64,000 bases of DNA from Eledone cirrhosa (taxonomy: Eukaryota): positions 27,156,001 to 27,220,000 of the forward strand of contig OZ024740.1 in the NCBI GenBank assembly GCA_964016885.1, read 5' to 3'. The translations under genes were made by a program, and so were the position numbers. Positions 30,839 through 44,200 of this stretch are shown piece by piece (the stretch's first letter is position 1; the number at the start of each line of letters is the position of its first letter). The notes beneath the pieces are model-generated. The model made no database searches and was not told where the DNA came from. It was given only the letters and a program-made list of their open reading frames with translations.

Positions 30839-31040
30839 AAATAAAAGATTATGAGTTCATGCAATTGACTTATGTTTCGTCAATATATATATATATATAT
30901 ATAAAAAAAGATGAAATCGAAAATGCAACTGGAGCATTATTTTAAAAAAAATATACATTTTCGATTTCATCTTTTTTCTTTATACTTTCACTCGTGTAGA
31001 ACAGCTCGCTTATTTTTCATTTTGTAAAAAAACCTCACTA

Positions 31041-31075
<35 letters not shown>

Positions 31076-31350
31076 TATATATACATATATAACAACCACT
31101 ATTATAGACACCATATATATTTCCGTGGGTACCTAGTACCTACTGGAATATTTATATCATTTATCTAATTCTCCTTAATGTAGAGAAAAAAAATATTCTG
31201 TAGCATGCTGCTATTTCTAGCAGAATGAAATATCAGCGAGTCTATAATTCCCGCTTTTTCTAACGGTCCAATAAGTGTGTGGGTCATTTTAACGTCTTGA
31301 TTCATTCACTGGGCAGAGGGTGATATATCTACATCTATACGGACTTATGT

Positions 31351-31452
31351 CTAGTAGATTTGGAAAAGCTATCTGATGAGTTATATCTTTCCATTGGAAA
31401 TTCTCTGTATTTCCAATGTTTTGATAAGCGAAACCGCCGGTCATAGCACTAG
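31351..31452 (+). ncRNA. Type I hammerhead ribozyme with long stem II (family F9)
   Basis: gctat-CTGATGA-gttatatc..cattggaaat/atttccaatg..gataagc-GAAA-ccgccgg-TC-atagc, canonical GUC site. Stem I is extendable via ctagt(31351)/actag(31448). Confidence 0.85.
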
Positions 31453-31582
31453 AAGAGGTAAATATTTAAATCGTATTTTAATTTATTTAAAAGATTGTTT
31501 AATGTTTACTTGTTCCGCTCATATATTTATATATATATATGTGAGATGTGAGGTAAACCACAGACCCTCCATCTCAATTCTA

Positions 31583-31615
31583 CTTTTGAAAAGCAGAACT
31601 GCGAAACCGGTAAAG
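31583..31615 (+). ncRNA. Type I hammerhead motif, U3-A8 variant (F3, second copy)
   Basis: ctt-TTGAAAA-gcag-aa-ctgc-GAAA-ccgg-TA-aag. Confidence 0.6.
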
Positions 31616-31849
31616 GAACCAAATAAATATATATATATATTTTTTAAATAAGACTCCAGTTGCATTTTCGATTTCATCTTTTTTCTTTATACTTTCACTC
31701 GTGTAGGACACCTCGGTTATTTTTCATTTTGTAAAAAACCCCACTTTCTAATATATGTATATATATATATATATATGGTAATACATTAGTGATCCCCTCT
31801 GGCTTCTCAACATTCTCTACCAGATATTTTGTTTTAGTCTCATTCATTC

Positions 31850-32170
31850 TCAACCCACACTCATTGAAACAGTCTCAACCTCCTGCATCAAATCCTCTGC
31901 CTCCTTCACTCTATATGTCACCAAAACTAAATCGTCGGCAAATTCAGCATCCGATATCTTTTTCGCGTTAACTCTCCTGCTCTGAGCCGGTGCTACAATA
32001 AAGCAAGAGTCCAGGTGTTTCTCCAGTGCAAGACGCATACAATAGTCCACTACGATGATAAAAAGGTAGGGAGGCAATGTATCTCCCTGGCGCACTCCAG
32101 CCCGTATCTCAAAGAACTCTGTCATCCCATCAGGTGTAATGACTTGGGCTCTGAACATTAATCAGTATAC
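31850..32170 (-). pseudogene. RTE-like LINE reverse transcriptase fragment (inverted 5' part)
   Basis: GVRQGDTLPPYLF (motif B) and EFADDLVL (motif C) in ORF 31850-32158. Confidence 0.85.
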
Positions 32171-32174
32171 ACTG

Positions 32175-32471
32175 AGGATGACAAATTCAGAGCTGTAGTG
32201 GAACCTCCCAAAAGTCAGCTCAAAAGTGACACAGGGGAGACTGGGGTTAGCTGGACATGCTCACCGACATCCAGAGTTGACATTGCACTCAGTGCTCCTG
32301 TGGGAGCCCCTACATGGACACACTGGAAGAGGAAGACCAAGGTTAACGTATGTTGATGCCCTAAGGACAGACACTTGTCTGTTGAAGACGCAGGACATGG
32401 CAGCGATAATGAGGGACAGAGACAGCTGGAGAGAACTCGTCCATGGATCTCTGGAATTTTACCCGCCCTAG
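32175..32471 (+). pseudogene. RTE-like LINE ORF C-terminal fragment (3' part), followed by a (TAA)n tail
   Basis: RLGLAGHAHRHPE...VLLWEP.HG..GRGRPRLTYVD..DRDSWR, typical of the RTE/RTEX C-terminus. Confidence 0.8.
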
Positions 32472-33503
32472 AATATGGTAATAATAATAAATGTGAAGAC
32501 TAAAATCCAAAGAGGGCTCGATAAGGATAATATATATATCAAATATATAAGAACCCTATATATATATATATATCCATTAAAAAAGTTGTGGCCAGTCGGC
32601 CACGTGTGTGTGTGTATATATGTGTTAGTATATTGCGCCTACTAATTTTCATATACAACCTCCTAGTCAACTCATGACTATGATGGAATAACATACAAAG
32701 GATATGATGACAAGATGTGGCATCGAAACATGAACAACATATTGGAAATAACATCATCTGAAACACACATACACACATAAAGACACACACACGCATAAAC
32801 ATACATACAAACTAATACACACAAAAAATACACATACACACACACATAGAAACACACAAACAAACAAACACACACAAACAAACAAACACACGACAAACAT
32901 ACAAACACAAACAACCACACACACACACACACACAAACTTCCACACACACACAAACACACTTGAGTTGGCGACCCCTTGAAAACTATTAAACTGAAAATG
33001 GAATCTTCCAGTGTGGAAACAGATAATGTTCCACTCCCCCTCAGCCTCACCATTCTCTCTAAGTCTGTGACTGACTGGAACTTATTCAGACGGAACATTA
33101 TGTTTAACATTTATATAGGCACCACCATTGAAATAGTAATCAAATCTGCCAAATTTGGAGTCTTACCAACATTCTGCGACAGCAATTAACTTGAGGAACT
33201 TCCAGCGAAGCTTTTATGGCCGTTTATTCCATCGAACTGCTCATTTTTATTTTATTTGAACTACAACATACACACACACGCACATAAGCACGATCTCACA
33301 CACACATAAACACAAACACCCACATGCACACACATACGCTCTCACACACACACACACAAACACATGTACCCACAGGCTGAGAAACAAACTGAATCTTAAC
33401 CTCTCTGTGTTTGTCCTACTCTGTCTTTCACAGAACATACACCCTCACACTCTCTCTATCTCTTCACAAACACATACATACACGCATATATATGCATATA
33501 TTA

Positions 33504-33580
<77 letters not shown>

Positions 33581-33667
33581 TGAGCAGACTGACAGGCTGA
33601 CAGGAAAGAGGAAGAGAAACATTAATAAACATTTATGTGTGTAGATAGATAGAGAGAGAGATGCATA

Positions 33668-33718
<51 letters not shown>

Positions 33719-33724
<6 letters not shown>

Positions 33725-34542
33725 ATACTTGGGGAGGGTCATATTTGTGTAATATTGCCAGAATTAATAACAAAACACACTCACTGTTTGGTTGGTTTTC
33801 GCTTCTGTGTCTTTTATATCGGTTAATTTAATTTATTCGGTCCTCAATGTTGCAATTGACTGACCAACGGTCAAAAATACAATTACAATATAGACACAAA
33901 CACATATACATAGTTTATCAAAGGTCTTTCGTTGCACATTTGCAACATCGTCAGTGGTGCTATTGTTTCCTCCCGTTATATTGTATGCCTACGCCATATG
34001 TATTTAGTCTGTTTATTTATTTATTTATTTATTTGTTGTCTTCTTTGCGCATGCGTTTGCGTGTGTTCGTGTTTGGCTGACTGTGTATTGGTTATCGTAT
34101 TCTATCTTAGTTTACTAGTGTGTGTTTATATGTGTTTGTTGTTATTGTGCTTGTGTATGTATTTGTTTATCTATTTATTTATTTATACTTCTCTGTTGTT
34201 TGTTTGGGTGTTGTTATTCCATTCATTTATTTCTGTTTAGCCTTGGCCTTCTAAGTTCTATTTCTCTGGCATCTCTGATTTGCCTATCTGCTGGGTCATT
34301 TCTATGTTTAGATATTATTCTAATTTCTATGTTGTCTATGTTACCGTCCTGTTGTTATCTGGCATGTTCGTATAGACCGTTGGTCAGTCAATGGGAACAT
34401 TGAGGACCGAATAAATTAAATTAACCGATATAAAAGACACGGAAGCGAAAACCAACCAAACAGTGAGTGTGTTCTGTTATTAATTCTGGCAATATTATTA
34501 CACAAATATGACCCTCCCCAAGTATAACAATATTTGTTTCGA
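33719..34542 (-). mobile_element. Penelope-like family A 3' fragment (33719-34378, minus) with an inverted pLTR piece (34376-34542, plus)
   Basis: Matches 56806-57500. The plus-strand piece ends in ATGACCCTCCCCAAGTATAACAATATTTGTTTCGAC ([12 protein letters not shown]), the ORF start. Confidence 0.88.
33917..33958 (-). ncRNA. Minimal hammerhead motif in PLE-A pLTR
   Basis: acca-CTGACGA-t-gttgca-aatg-tgcaac-GAAA-gacc-TT-tgat; stem I is weak. Confidence 0.65.
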
Positions 34543-34585
34543 CAAGTTAGGTAGAAATGGTAACACAACAGTTAGTTCACGATAC

Positions 34586-34623
34586 CGAGAACAATTGTTT
34601 CACCTTAGCGGATCTTCAGCTCG
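34586..34623 (-). ncRNA. Minimal type I hammerhead motif (family F10) inside 37-bp inverted arms (34544-34580 / 34665-34700)
   Basis: cgag-CTGAAGA-t-cc-gctaa-gg-t-GAAA-caattg-TT-ctcg, with palindromic stem III AACAATTGTT. Confidence 0.78.
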
Positions 34624-34755
34624 TACTGGTCATGGTTATACGGAACGGGAAGAACAACCGAACGGTGAACTAACTGTTGTGTTACCACTTCTACCTAACT
34701 CGTCCCATGGACTGAGTGTTCTACCACTACGGATATTACCTTTCAGTGTTCTACA

Positions 34756-34794
<39 letters not shown>

Positions 34795-34799
34795 GAAAC

Positions 34800-35320
34800 A
34801 TTCGGGACCCTGACTCTATGCATGTGTGTGTGTTGTATTCCAGTGAGTTTTGTTGTGTATCTTTCTGGGGTGTTTGTGTATTCTATCATTCTCAGAGCAC
34901 GTAGTAATATAAAGAAATCTTCTGTTTTCAACATCTACACTCAGATTGTTTCTTTCTTCAGATTTTTATGTTGGGATAATTTTTCAATAACCTTGTTAGA
35001 TATATCGTCGCCTGTGGAGATTGATACGTCAATTAAAATACATTTCTTTTCTTTGTGATCTCTGACTACAATTTCTGGTTGGTCAACTTTGATCTCCATC
35101 TCTCTGTGTATTTGCATATCCCAGAGTATGGTTGTTTTGTGATTTTCTGACACCTATTCTTGTGTATCTCATCTTGTGTCTGTTGGTATTTCCTTCTATT
35201 AGTATCACTTTCATTGTATATAAATCCCAGTACTTTCGCTATACAGCCAGGAAACATGTCGTCCATCTTTTCTTCTCCACCTCCAGATATTCTGCATTTA
35301 TTTATTGTGTTCTACTTCGT
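34800..35320 (-). pseudogene. R4/Dong-like non-LTR retrotransposon, restriction-like endonuclease domain fragment
   Basis: ILWDMQIHREMEIKVDQPEIVVRDHKEKKCILIDVSI...NKVIEKLSQHKNL (cf. ILWD...RPDIV....C.LIDV..P.D.N...KE.EK..KY). Confidence 0.7.
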
Positions 35321-35324
35321 TATA

Positions 35325-35622
35325 TACTCTCGGGTCCCAAATAATAGGGAGGGGTGTTGGAATAAGCTCAGGGTGGGAATCAGTAATTGTGTATTGTACG
35401 TTCGTAAATATGGGATTTTTCGTAATGTTCTCTTTTTTTGTCATATATAATGTTTTTAATGTAAAATAAAATTAATATTAGATTCTCCAGCTTCTGTATC
35501 AATATGAATCACTTACAATAAAATTTCGTCGGAGATAGAGTAGCAAAATTTAAGAAGCGGTTTGTGGTTTGCAAGAAATCTGAAAAATTAATAAGGGGTA
35601 GATTATTCAAGACCTGTGAGTA
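35325..35622. mobile_element. Possible MITE (Tc1/pogo-like, TA target)
   Basis: Imperfect TIRs tactctcgggtcccaaataa / ttattcaagacctgtgagta, with TA at both ends. Confidence 0.4.
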
Positions 35623-36277
35623 CGTTTGATAATTTATATTTGGGTGGTTTTGAACTTGTGTTGCAATTAACAATCTTCAATGTCGGCTTTTACTCAAGAC
35701 TGCCAGTTTTTATAATGTTTCTTCTATACCTCCTCACTATTGAGTTTTTTAGGGTATTGCTAATGTAGGGTCTTTTCTTGCTCTCGTTCTAGCTTGGTAT
35801 TCCTCATATCTATCTTTTATTTAGATTTTATCTTTTTCACGATATCTCTTGTTAACTCTTATATATTTTCTTTTTGCTTGAACCTCTTGGCTTACTTCAA
35901 GGACAAAATAACAAATTCTGCTTTGTTTATGCTTCGTGATATTTGTCGTAACTATCCATTATTTTTCATACTTTCTTGTCCTACATTTGGCATTTCATAT
36001 TAGTTATTTACTTGCATGATGTTCCTACTTTGTATTTCTGTCTAACCTTAATACTTATTTTACTGACAACTAAAATTTGATGCCTTACTCGTTACGTATA
36101 ATTCTGTATTAAGTATTAAACTACTTCGTCTGTATTATTCCTTTCTAATCTTTTCTTTGATTTGTGTGTGTTAAAACTCCATCTAGTTCATTGATTCTTA
36201 AATATTTCTATGCCTTACTTAGATTTAATTCTCTTGTTTCCTTTATTTCATCTAGCTTGATAATATTAATTTTTACA

Positions 36278-36422
36278 GGGCAAAGTTAACCTCGGTGGGG
36301 TCTGAGTTCAAATCCCGCCGAGGTTAACTTTGCCTTTCATCCTTACGGGGTCGATAAAATAAAGTACCAGTAATACACTGGGATAATTTCTGGCCTTGTG
36401 CGAAAAGTAGAAACAATTATTC
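36278..36422 (+). mobile_element. SINE copy, 5'-truncated, with a short inverted piece (36278-36300)
   Basis: gagttcaaatcccgccgaggttaactttgcctttcatccttacggggtcgataaaataaagtacc, same family as 24868-25052. Confidence 0.75.
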
Positions 36423-36423
36423 T

Positions 36424-36850
36424 TTACAAGTTTTCGCTCTTTAGGGTTGCTTTGAGATATGTTTCTCTTCTACATATGCTTAATTCTTTTGAAATTCCGT
36501 GCATTATCTGCAGCAGTATTTCCAAATTGCCCCCCCCCCCCTGTACCGCACAGCTTGAGATCATCAATGTACATAATATTGTTAATTGCCTTGCCATAAC
36601 ATTTGTTTCTAAGTTCAAAGTTGTGTAGCATCTCAGTTATGGCGTTAGTGCTAGGCAGAAGAAGAATGGTAATAAGACATCCCCTCGAAATATTCCTCTG
36701 TCAATTGAGATTGGCTCAGGTTTATAACTTACTATTTCACCTGCATCTGCAGAAATGTTTACTAGTCACTCAGGAATTCATGGTTAGTGTGTCTAGTGAT
36801 CACATGTGGAAAACATTGTCATAAATCTTATACTACTCCATGCTAGACAA
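36424..36850 (-). pseudogene. R4/Dong-like reverse transcriptase fragment
   Basis: Minus-strand translations IYDNVFH, RGIFRGDVLLPFFFCLALTP (cf. RGIFQGDSLSPLLFCLAL) and INNIMYIDDLKL (motif C). Confidence 0.72.
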
Positions 36851-36978
36851 ACTTTGAAAAGCGCACTTAAGCACGAATCTCTGAAGAGAATTATATTCTC
36901 TACTTATATGTATTGAGTACACTCAGTTAATGTTTGAATGTATTAAGTACGATGATATTTTAAATACACACGTCAGTG

Positions 36979-37110
<132 letters not shown>

Positions 37111-37132
37111 TGTATATACATATATTGTAGAC

Positions 37133-37163
<31 letters not shown>

Positions 37164-37382
37164 CATGTATATATATATACAAACATATATATATAGAGTA
37201 TATATATATATGTGTGTGTGTGGCTGTGTGTTTGTATATATAGATGCCTGTATGTATGTATGTATAGATATATATTGTGTAGGTATTGTGTAATTGTAAT
37301 CGTATATGTGTAAGTATGCGCTATGTATGTATATATGCAGGCCTTCATATATGTATCCAAATATGTGTGTATATATATATAA

Positions 37383-37428
<46 letters not shown>

Positions 37429-37579
37429 GTATATATATATATATACATATATATGTATATATATATATATTAAAAACTCCAGGAAAACCTTTTTGGTTGA
37501 GTGCTTCTAATCAATTGTAAAATTATATTCAACGAACGATACTAATCTTTGGTCATATATTTATATATATATATATAAA

Positions 37580-37764
37580 GTAAGAGGTGTGGTAAGGAAC
37601 CAGACGGACCATAACGCACCAGAGTACTCAATACTTAGGGTAGTAGAGTGGGTAACAGGAAAATGTATAACCCCGACGGCAGAGCTCAAGCCGTTTCGAC
37701 GGCTATTTCTAGACTATGTCTTAGTCGCCGAAACGGCTTAGGCTCTGCCGTCGGGATCATACTT

Positions 37765-37811
<47 letters not shown>

Positions 37812-38003
37812 GGAACAAGTGTGACTCCGACGGCAGAGCTCAAGCCGTTTCGACGGCTAATTCTGAACCAGAATTAGCCGTCGAAACGGCTTGAGCTCTG
37901 CCGTCGGGGTCATGCATGTTCCTATTACCCACTCTACTACCGTAAGTATTGAGTATTTTGGTGCGTTATGGTCCCTCTGGTTCCTTACCACAACTCCTTT
38001 GTT
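37580..38003. mobile_element. Two fold-back copies of family F1 separated by (TA)n
   Basis: Hairpins at 37671-37755 and 37821-37912 (gacggcagagctcaagccgtttcgacggcta...tagccgtcgaaacggcttgagctctgccgtc), homologous to 2181-2493. Confidence 0.8.
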
Positions 38004-38247
38004 ATATATATATATATACATTTATTTAATATCATTGTATATATATGTATATGTATTTATATGTAGTTATATGCACACACATATATTTATAGATATACAA
38101 ATAGTTGTGTATATGTGTGTAGAGGTGTGTGAATATGTCTTTGTGAGTGTGTGTAAGAGTAATATGTAGCTGCATAGGACTAACATGCCAAGTGAATCAT
38201 GTAATGGAGTCAGTGAACGACTGCAATTGCGTCTGGTCGACTCCTTG

Positions 38248-41200
38248 GCCAGTGTCTTCCTAGATACACATGTCAGGTCCAGTGTCTTCCTAGATACACA
38301 TGTCAGGTCCAGTGTCTTCCTAGATACACATGTCAGGTCCAGTGTCTTCCTAGACAACACAGGAGAGGTCCAGTGTCTTCCTAGACTAAACATGTGAGAT
38401 CCAGTGTATTCCTAGACTACACATGTCAGGTCCTGCGTCTTCCTACACTACACATGTCAGGTCCAGTGTCTTCCTAGACTACACATGTGAGGTCCAGTAT
38501 ATTCCTAGACTAAACATGTCAGGTCCAGTGTATTCCTAGACTACACATGTCAGGTCCAGTGTCTTCCTAGATACACATGTGAAGTCCAGTGTCTTCCTAG
38601 ACGACACATGTCAGGTCATGTGTCTTCCTAGACTATACATGTGAGGTCCAGTATCGACCTAGATAGACGGGACAGGCCAGTGTCTTACTAGACTACACAT
38701 GTCAGATCCAGTGTCTTCCTAGATACACATGTCAGGTCCAGTATCTTCCTAGACTACACATCTGAGGTCTAGTACGTTCCTAGACTACACAGGTCAGGTC
38801 CAGTGTCTTGCTAGACCACGCAGATTAGGTCCAGTGTCTACCTAGACTGCAGAGGTCAGGTACAGTGTCTTCCTAGATACACATGTCAGGTCCAGTGTCG
38901 CCTAGATACACATGTGAGGACCAGTGTCTTCCTAGATTACACAGGTGAGGTACAGTCTCTTCCTAGACTACAGATGTCAGGTCCTGTATCTTCCTAGATA
39001 CACATGGCAGGACCAGTGTCTTCCTAGACAACACATGTCAGGTCCAGTGTCTTTCTAGACTAAACAGGTGAGGACCAGTGTCTTCCTATACTACACATGT
39101 CAGGTCCAGTGTCTTCCTAGACTACACATGTCAGGTCGAGAGTCATCCTAGACTACACATCTGAGGTCGAGTGTCTTCCTAGACTACACATGTTAGGTCC
39201 AGTGTCTTCCTAGACTACACAGGTGAGGTCCAGTGTCTTCCTAGACTACACATGTTAGGTCCAGTGTCTTCCTAGACTACACATGTGAGGTCCAGTGTCT
39301 TCCTAGACTACACATGTTAGGTCCAGTGTCTTCCTAGGCTACATAGGTGAGGTCCAGTGTCTTCCTAGACTACACATGTTAGGTCCAGTGTCTTCCTAGA
39401 CTACACATGTGAGGTCCAGTGTCTTTCTAGACTACACATGTTAGGTCCAGTGTCTTCCTAGACTACACATGTCAAGTCCAGTGTCTTCCTAAACTACACA
39501 GGTGAGGTCCAGTGTCTACCTAGATACAGATGTCAGGTCCTGTGTCTTCTAGACTACACAGGTGAGGTCCAGTGTCTTCCTAGATACACATGTCATGTCC
39601 AGTGTCTTCCTAGCCTACACATGTCAGGCCCAGTGTCTTCCTAGACTACACAGGTCAGGTCCAGTGTCTTCCTAGATACACATGTCAGGTCCAGTGTCTT
39701 CCTAGCCTCCACATGTGAGGTCCTGTGTCTTCCTAGACTACAGATGTCAGGTCCTGTGTCTTCCTAGATACACATGGCAGGTCCAGTGTCTTCTTAGACT
39801 ACACATGTCAGGTCCTGAGTCTTCCTAGATACACATTTGAGGTCAAGTGTTTTTCTAGATACACATGTCAGGTCCAGTGTGTTCCTAGACTACACATGTC
39901 AGGTCCAGTGTCTTGCTAGACTAAACAGGTGAGGTCCAGTGTGTTCCTAGACTACACATGTTAGGCCCAGTGTCTTCCTAGACTACACAGGTCAGGTCGA
40001 GAGTCTTCCTAGACTACACATGTGAGGTCCAGTGTCTTCCTAGACTACACATGTGAGGTCCAGTGTCTTCCTAGACTACACACGTGAGGTCCAGTGTATT
40101 CCTAGACTACACATGTCAGGTCCGGTCTCTTCCGAGATAGACATGTTAGATCCTTTGTTTTTCCTAGACTACACATGTGAGGTCCAGTGTATTCCTAGAT
40201 ACACATGTGAGGTCCAGTGTATTCCTAGATACACATGTCAGGTACAGTGTCTGCCTAGACTACACATGTCAGGTCCAGTGTCTTTCTAGACTACACATGT
40301 CAGGTCCAGTGTCTTCCTAGACAAAACATGTGAGGTCCAGTGTCTTCCTAGATAGACAGGGGAGGTCTAGTGTTTCTAGACTACACAGGTGAAGTCCAGT
40401 GTCTTCCTAGACTACACATGTCAGGTGCAGTTTCTTCCTAGACTACACGTCAGGTCCAGTGTCTTCCTAGATACACATGTCAGGTCCAGTGTTTTCCTAG
40501 ATAAACATGTGATGTCCAGTGTCTTCCTAGACTACACAGTTGAGGCCTAGTGTCTTCCTAGATACACATGTGAAGACCAGTGTCTTCCTAGACTACACAC
40601 GTCAGGTCCAGTGTGTTCCTAAACTACACTTGTCAGATCCAGGATCTTCCTAGACTACACAGGAGAGGTCCACTGTCTTCCTAGATACACATATCAGGTC
40701 CAGTGTTTTTCTAGATAAACATGTGATGTCCAGTGTCTTCCTAGACTACACAGTTGAGGCCTTGTGTCTTCCTAGATACACATGTGAAGACCAGTGTCTT
40801 CCTAGACTAAACTTGTCAGGTTTAGTATCTTCCTAGACCTCACATATCAGGTCCTGTACCTTCCTAGACTACACATGTCAGGACCAGTGTCTTCCTAGAT
40901 TACACAGGTGAGGTCCAGTGTCTTCCTAGACTACACATGTCAGGTCCTGAGTCTTCCTTGATACACATGGCAGGACAAGTGTCTTCCTAGACTACACATG
41001 TCAGGACCAGTGTCTTCCTAGCCTACACATGTCAGGTCCAGTGTCTTCCTAGATACACATGTCAGGTCCAGTGTTTTCCTAGATAAACATGTGATGTCCA
41101 GTGTCTTCCTAGACTACACATGTCAGGTCCTTAGTCCTCCTAGATACACATGTTAGGTCCAGTGTCTTCCTAGATACACATGTGAGGTCCTGTGTCTTCC

Positions 41201-44200
41201 TAGACTACAGATGTCAGGTCCTGTGTCTTCCTAGATACACATGTCAGGTCCAGTGTCTTCTTAGACTACACATGTCAGGTCCTGTGTCTTCCTAGATACA
41301 CATGTCAGTTCCAGTGTGTTCCTAGACAACACATGTCAGGTCCAGTGTCTTTCTAGACTAAACAGGTGGGGTCCAGTGTGTTCCTAGACTACACATGCTA
41401 GGCCCAGTTTCTTCCTAGACTACACAGGTCAGGTCGAGAGTCTTCCTAGACTACACATGTGAGGTCCAGTGTCTTCCTAGACTACACATGTGAGGACCAG
41501 TGTCTTCCTAGACTACACATGTGAGGTCCAGTGTATTCCTAGACTACACACGTCAGGTCCAGTGTCTTCCTAGACTAGACAGGTGAGGTCCAGTGTCTTC
41601 CTAGACTACACATGTGAGGTCCAGTGTCTTCCTAGACTACACATCTGAGGTCCAGTGTCTTCCTAGACTACAAATGTGAGGACCAGTGTCTTTCTAGACT
41701 ACACATGTGAGGTCCAGTGTCTTCCTAGACTACACATGTGAGGACCAGTGTCTTCCTAGACTACACACGTGAGGTCCAGTGTCTTCCTAGACTACACATG
41801 TGAGGACCAGTGTCTTCCTAGACTACACATGTGAGGTCCAGTGTCTTCCTAGACTACACATGTGAGGACCAGTGTCTTCCTAGACTACACATGTGAGGTC
41901 CAGTGTATTCCTAGACTACACATGTCAGGTCCGGTCTCTTCCGAGATAGACATGTTAGATCCTTTGTCTTCCTAGACTACACATGTGAGGTCCAGTGTAT
42001 TCCTAGATACACATGTCAGGTCGAGTGTCTTCCTAGACTACACCTGTGAGGTACGGTGTCTTCCTAGATACACATGTCAGGTCCAGTGTCTTTCTAGACT
42101 ACACATGTCAGGTCCAGTGTCTTCCTACACTACACATGTCACGTCCAGTGTCTTCCTAGACTACACATGTCAGGACCAGTGTCTTCCTACACTACACATG
42201 TCAGGTCCAGTGTCTTCCTAGATAAAACGTGTGAAGTACTATGTCTTCCTAGACTACACAGGTCAGATCCAGTGTCTTCCTAGATAAACCTGTCAGGTCC
42301 AGTGTCTGCCTAGCATCCACATGTGAGGTCCAGTGTCTTCCTAGATACACATGTGAGATCCTTTGTCTTCCTGGACTACAGCTGTCAGGTCCTGTGTCTT
42401 CCTAGATACACATGGCAGGTCCAGTGTCTTCTTAGACTACACATGTCAGGTCCTGAGTCTTCCTAGATACACATGTCAGGTCCAGTGTCTTCCTAGATAC
42501 ACATGTCAGGTTCAGTGTCTTTCTAGACTAAACAGGTGAGGTCCAGTGTGTTCCTAGACTACACAGGTCAGGTCGAGAGTCTTCCTAGACTACACATGTG
42601 AGGTCCAGTGTCTTCCTAGACTACACAGGTGAGGTCCAGTGTATTCCTAGATACACATGTCAGGTCCAGTGTCTTCCTAGACTACACATGTGAGGTACGG
42701 TGTCTTCCTAGATACACATGTCAGGTCCAGTGTCTTCCTAGACTAAACATGTGAGGTCCAGTGTCTTCCTAGACTACACATGTCAGGTCCAGTGTCTTCC
42801 TACACTACACATGTCAGGTCCAGTGTCTTCCTAGACTACACATGTCAGGTCCAGTGTCTTCCTAGACTAAACATGTGAGGTCCAGTGTCTTCCTAGATAC
42901 ACATGTGAGGTCCAGTGTTTCTAGACTACACAGGTGAAGTCCAGTGTCTTCCTAGACTACACATGCCAGGTGCAGTTTCTTCCTAGACTACACGTCAGGT
43001 CAGGTGTCTTCCTAGATACACATGTCAGGTCCAGTGTTTTCCTAGATAAACATGTGATGTCCAGTGTCTTCCTAGACTACACAGTTGAGGCCTAGTGTCT
43101 TCCTAGATACACATGTGAAGACCAGTGTCTTCCTAGACTACACACGTCAGGTCCAGTGTGTTCCTAGACTACACTTGTCAGATCCAGGATCTTCCTAGAC
43201 TACACAGGAGAGGTCCACTGTCTTTCTAGATACACATATCAGGTCCAGTGTTTTTCTAGATAAACATGTGATGTCCAGTGTCTTCCTAGACTACACAGTT
43301 GAGGCCTTGTGTCTTCCTAGATACACATGTGAAGACCAGTGTCTTCCTAGACTACACATGTTAGGCAGTGTGTCTTTCTAGACTAAACAGGTGAACTCCA
43401 GTGTCTTCCTAGACTACACCTGTCAGGTCCCGAGTCTTCCTAGATTACACAGGTGAGGTCCAGTGTCTTCCTAGACTACACCTGTCAGGACCAGTGTCTT
43501 CCTAGTCTACACATGTGAGGTCCAGTGTCTTTCTAAACTACACATGTGAGGCCCAGTGTCTTCCTAGACTACACAGGTGAGGTCCAGTGTATTCCTAGAC
43601 TACACAGGTGAGGTCCAGTGTATTCCTAGACTACACAGGTGAGGTCCAGTGTATTCCTAGACTATACAGGTGAGGTCCAGTGTCTTCCTAGACTACACAT
43701 GTCAGGTCCAGTGTCTTCCTAGATACACAGGTGAGGTCCAGTGTTTCTCGACTACACAGGTGAAGTCCAGTGTCTTCCTAGACTACACATGTCAGGTGCA
43801 GTGTCTTCCTAGATTACACGTTAGGTCCCGTGTCTTCCGAGATACACATGTGAGGTTCAGTGTCTTCCTAGACTACACAGAATAGGTCCAGTGTCTTCCT
43901 AGATACACATTTGAGGTCCAGTGTCTTCCTTGACTACACACGTCAGGTCCAGTGTGATCCTAGACTACACAGGTGAGGTCCAGTGTCTTCCTAGATACAC
44001 ATGTCAGGTCCAGTGTCTTCCTAGCCTACACATGTGAGGACCAGTGTCTTCCTAGATTACACAGGTGAGGTCCAGTCTCTTCCTAGACTACAGATTGCAG
44101 GTCCTGTGTCTTCCTAGATACACATGGCAGGTCCAGTGTCTTCTTAGACTACACATGTCAGGTCCTGAGTCTTCCTAGATACACATATCAGGTCCAGTGT

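Larger units (their letters stand above)
30314..30882. mobile_element. Near-perfect 569-bp palindrome with a hammerhead in each arm (family F8)
   Basis: 284-bp arms symmetric about the C at 30598 (ttgtaaa-c-tttacaa). Confidence 0.9.
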
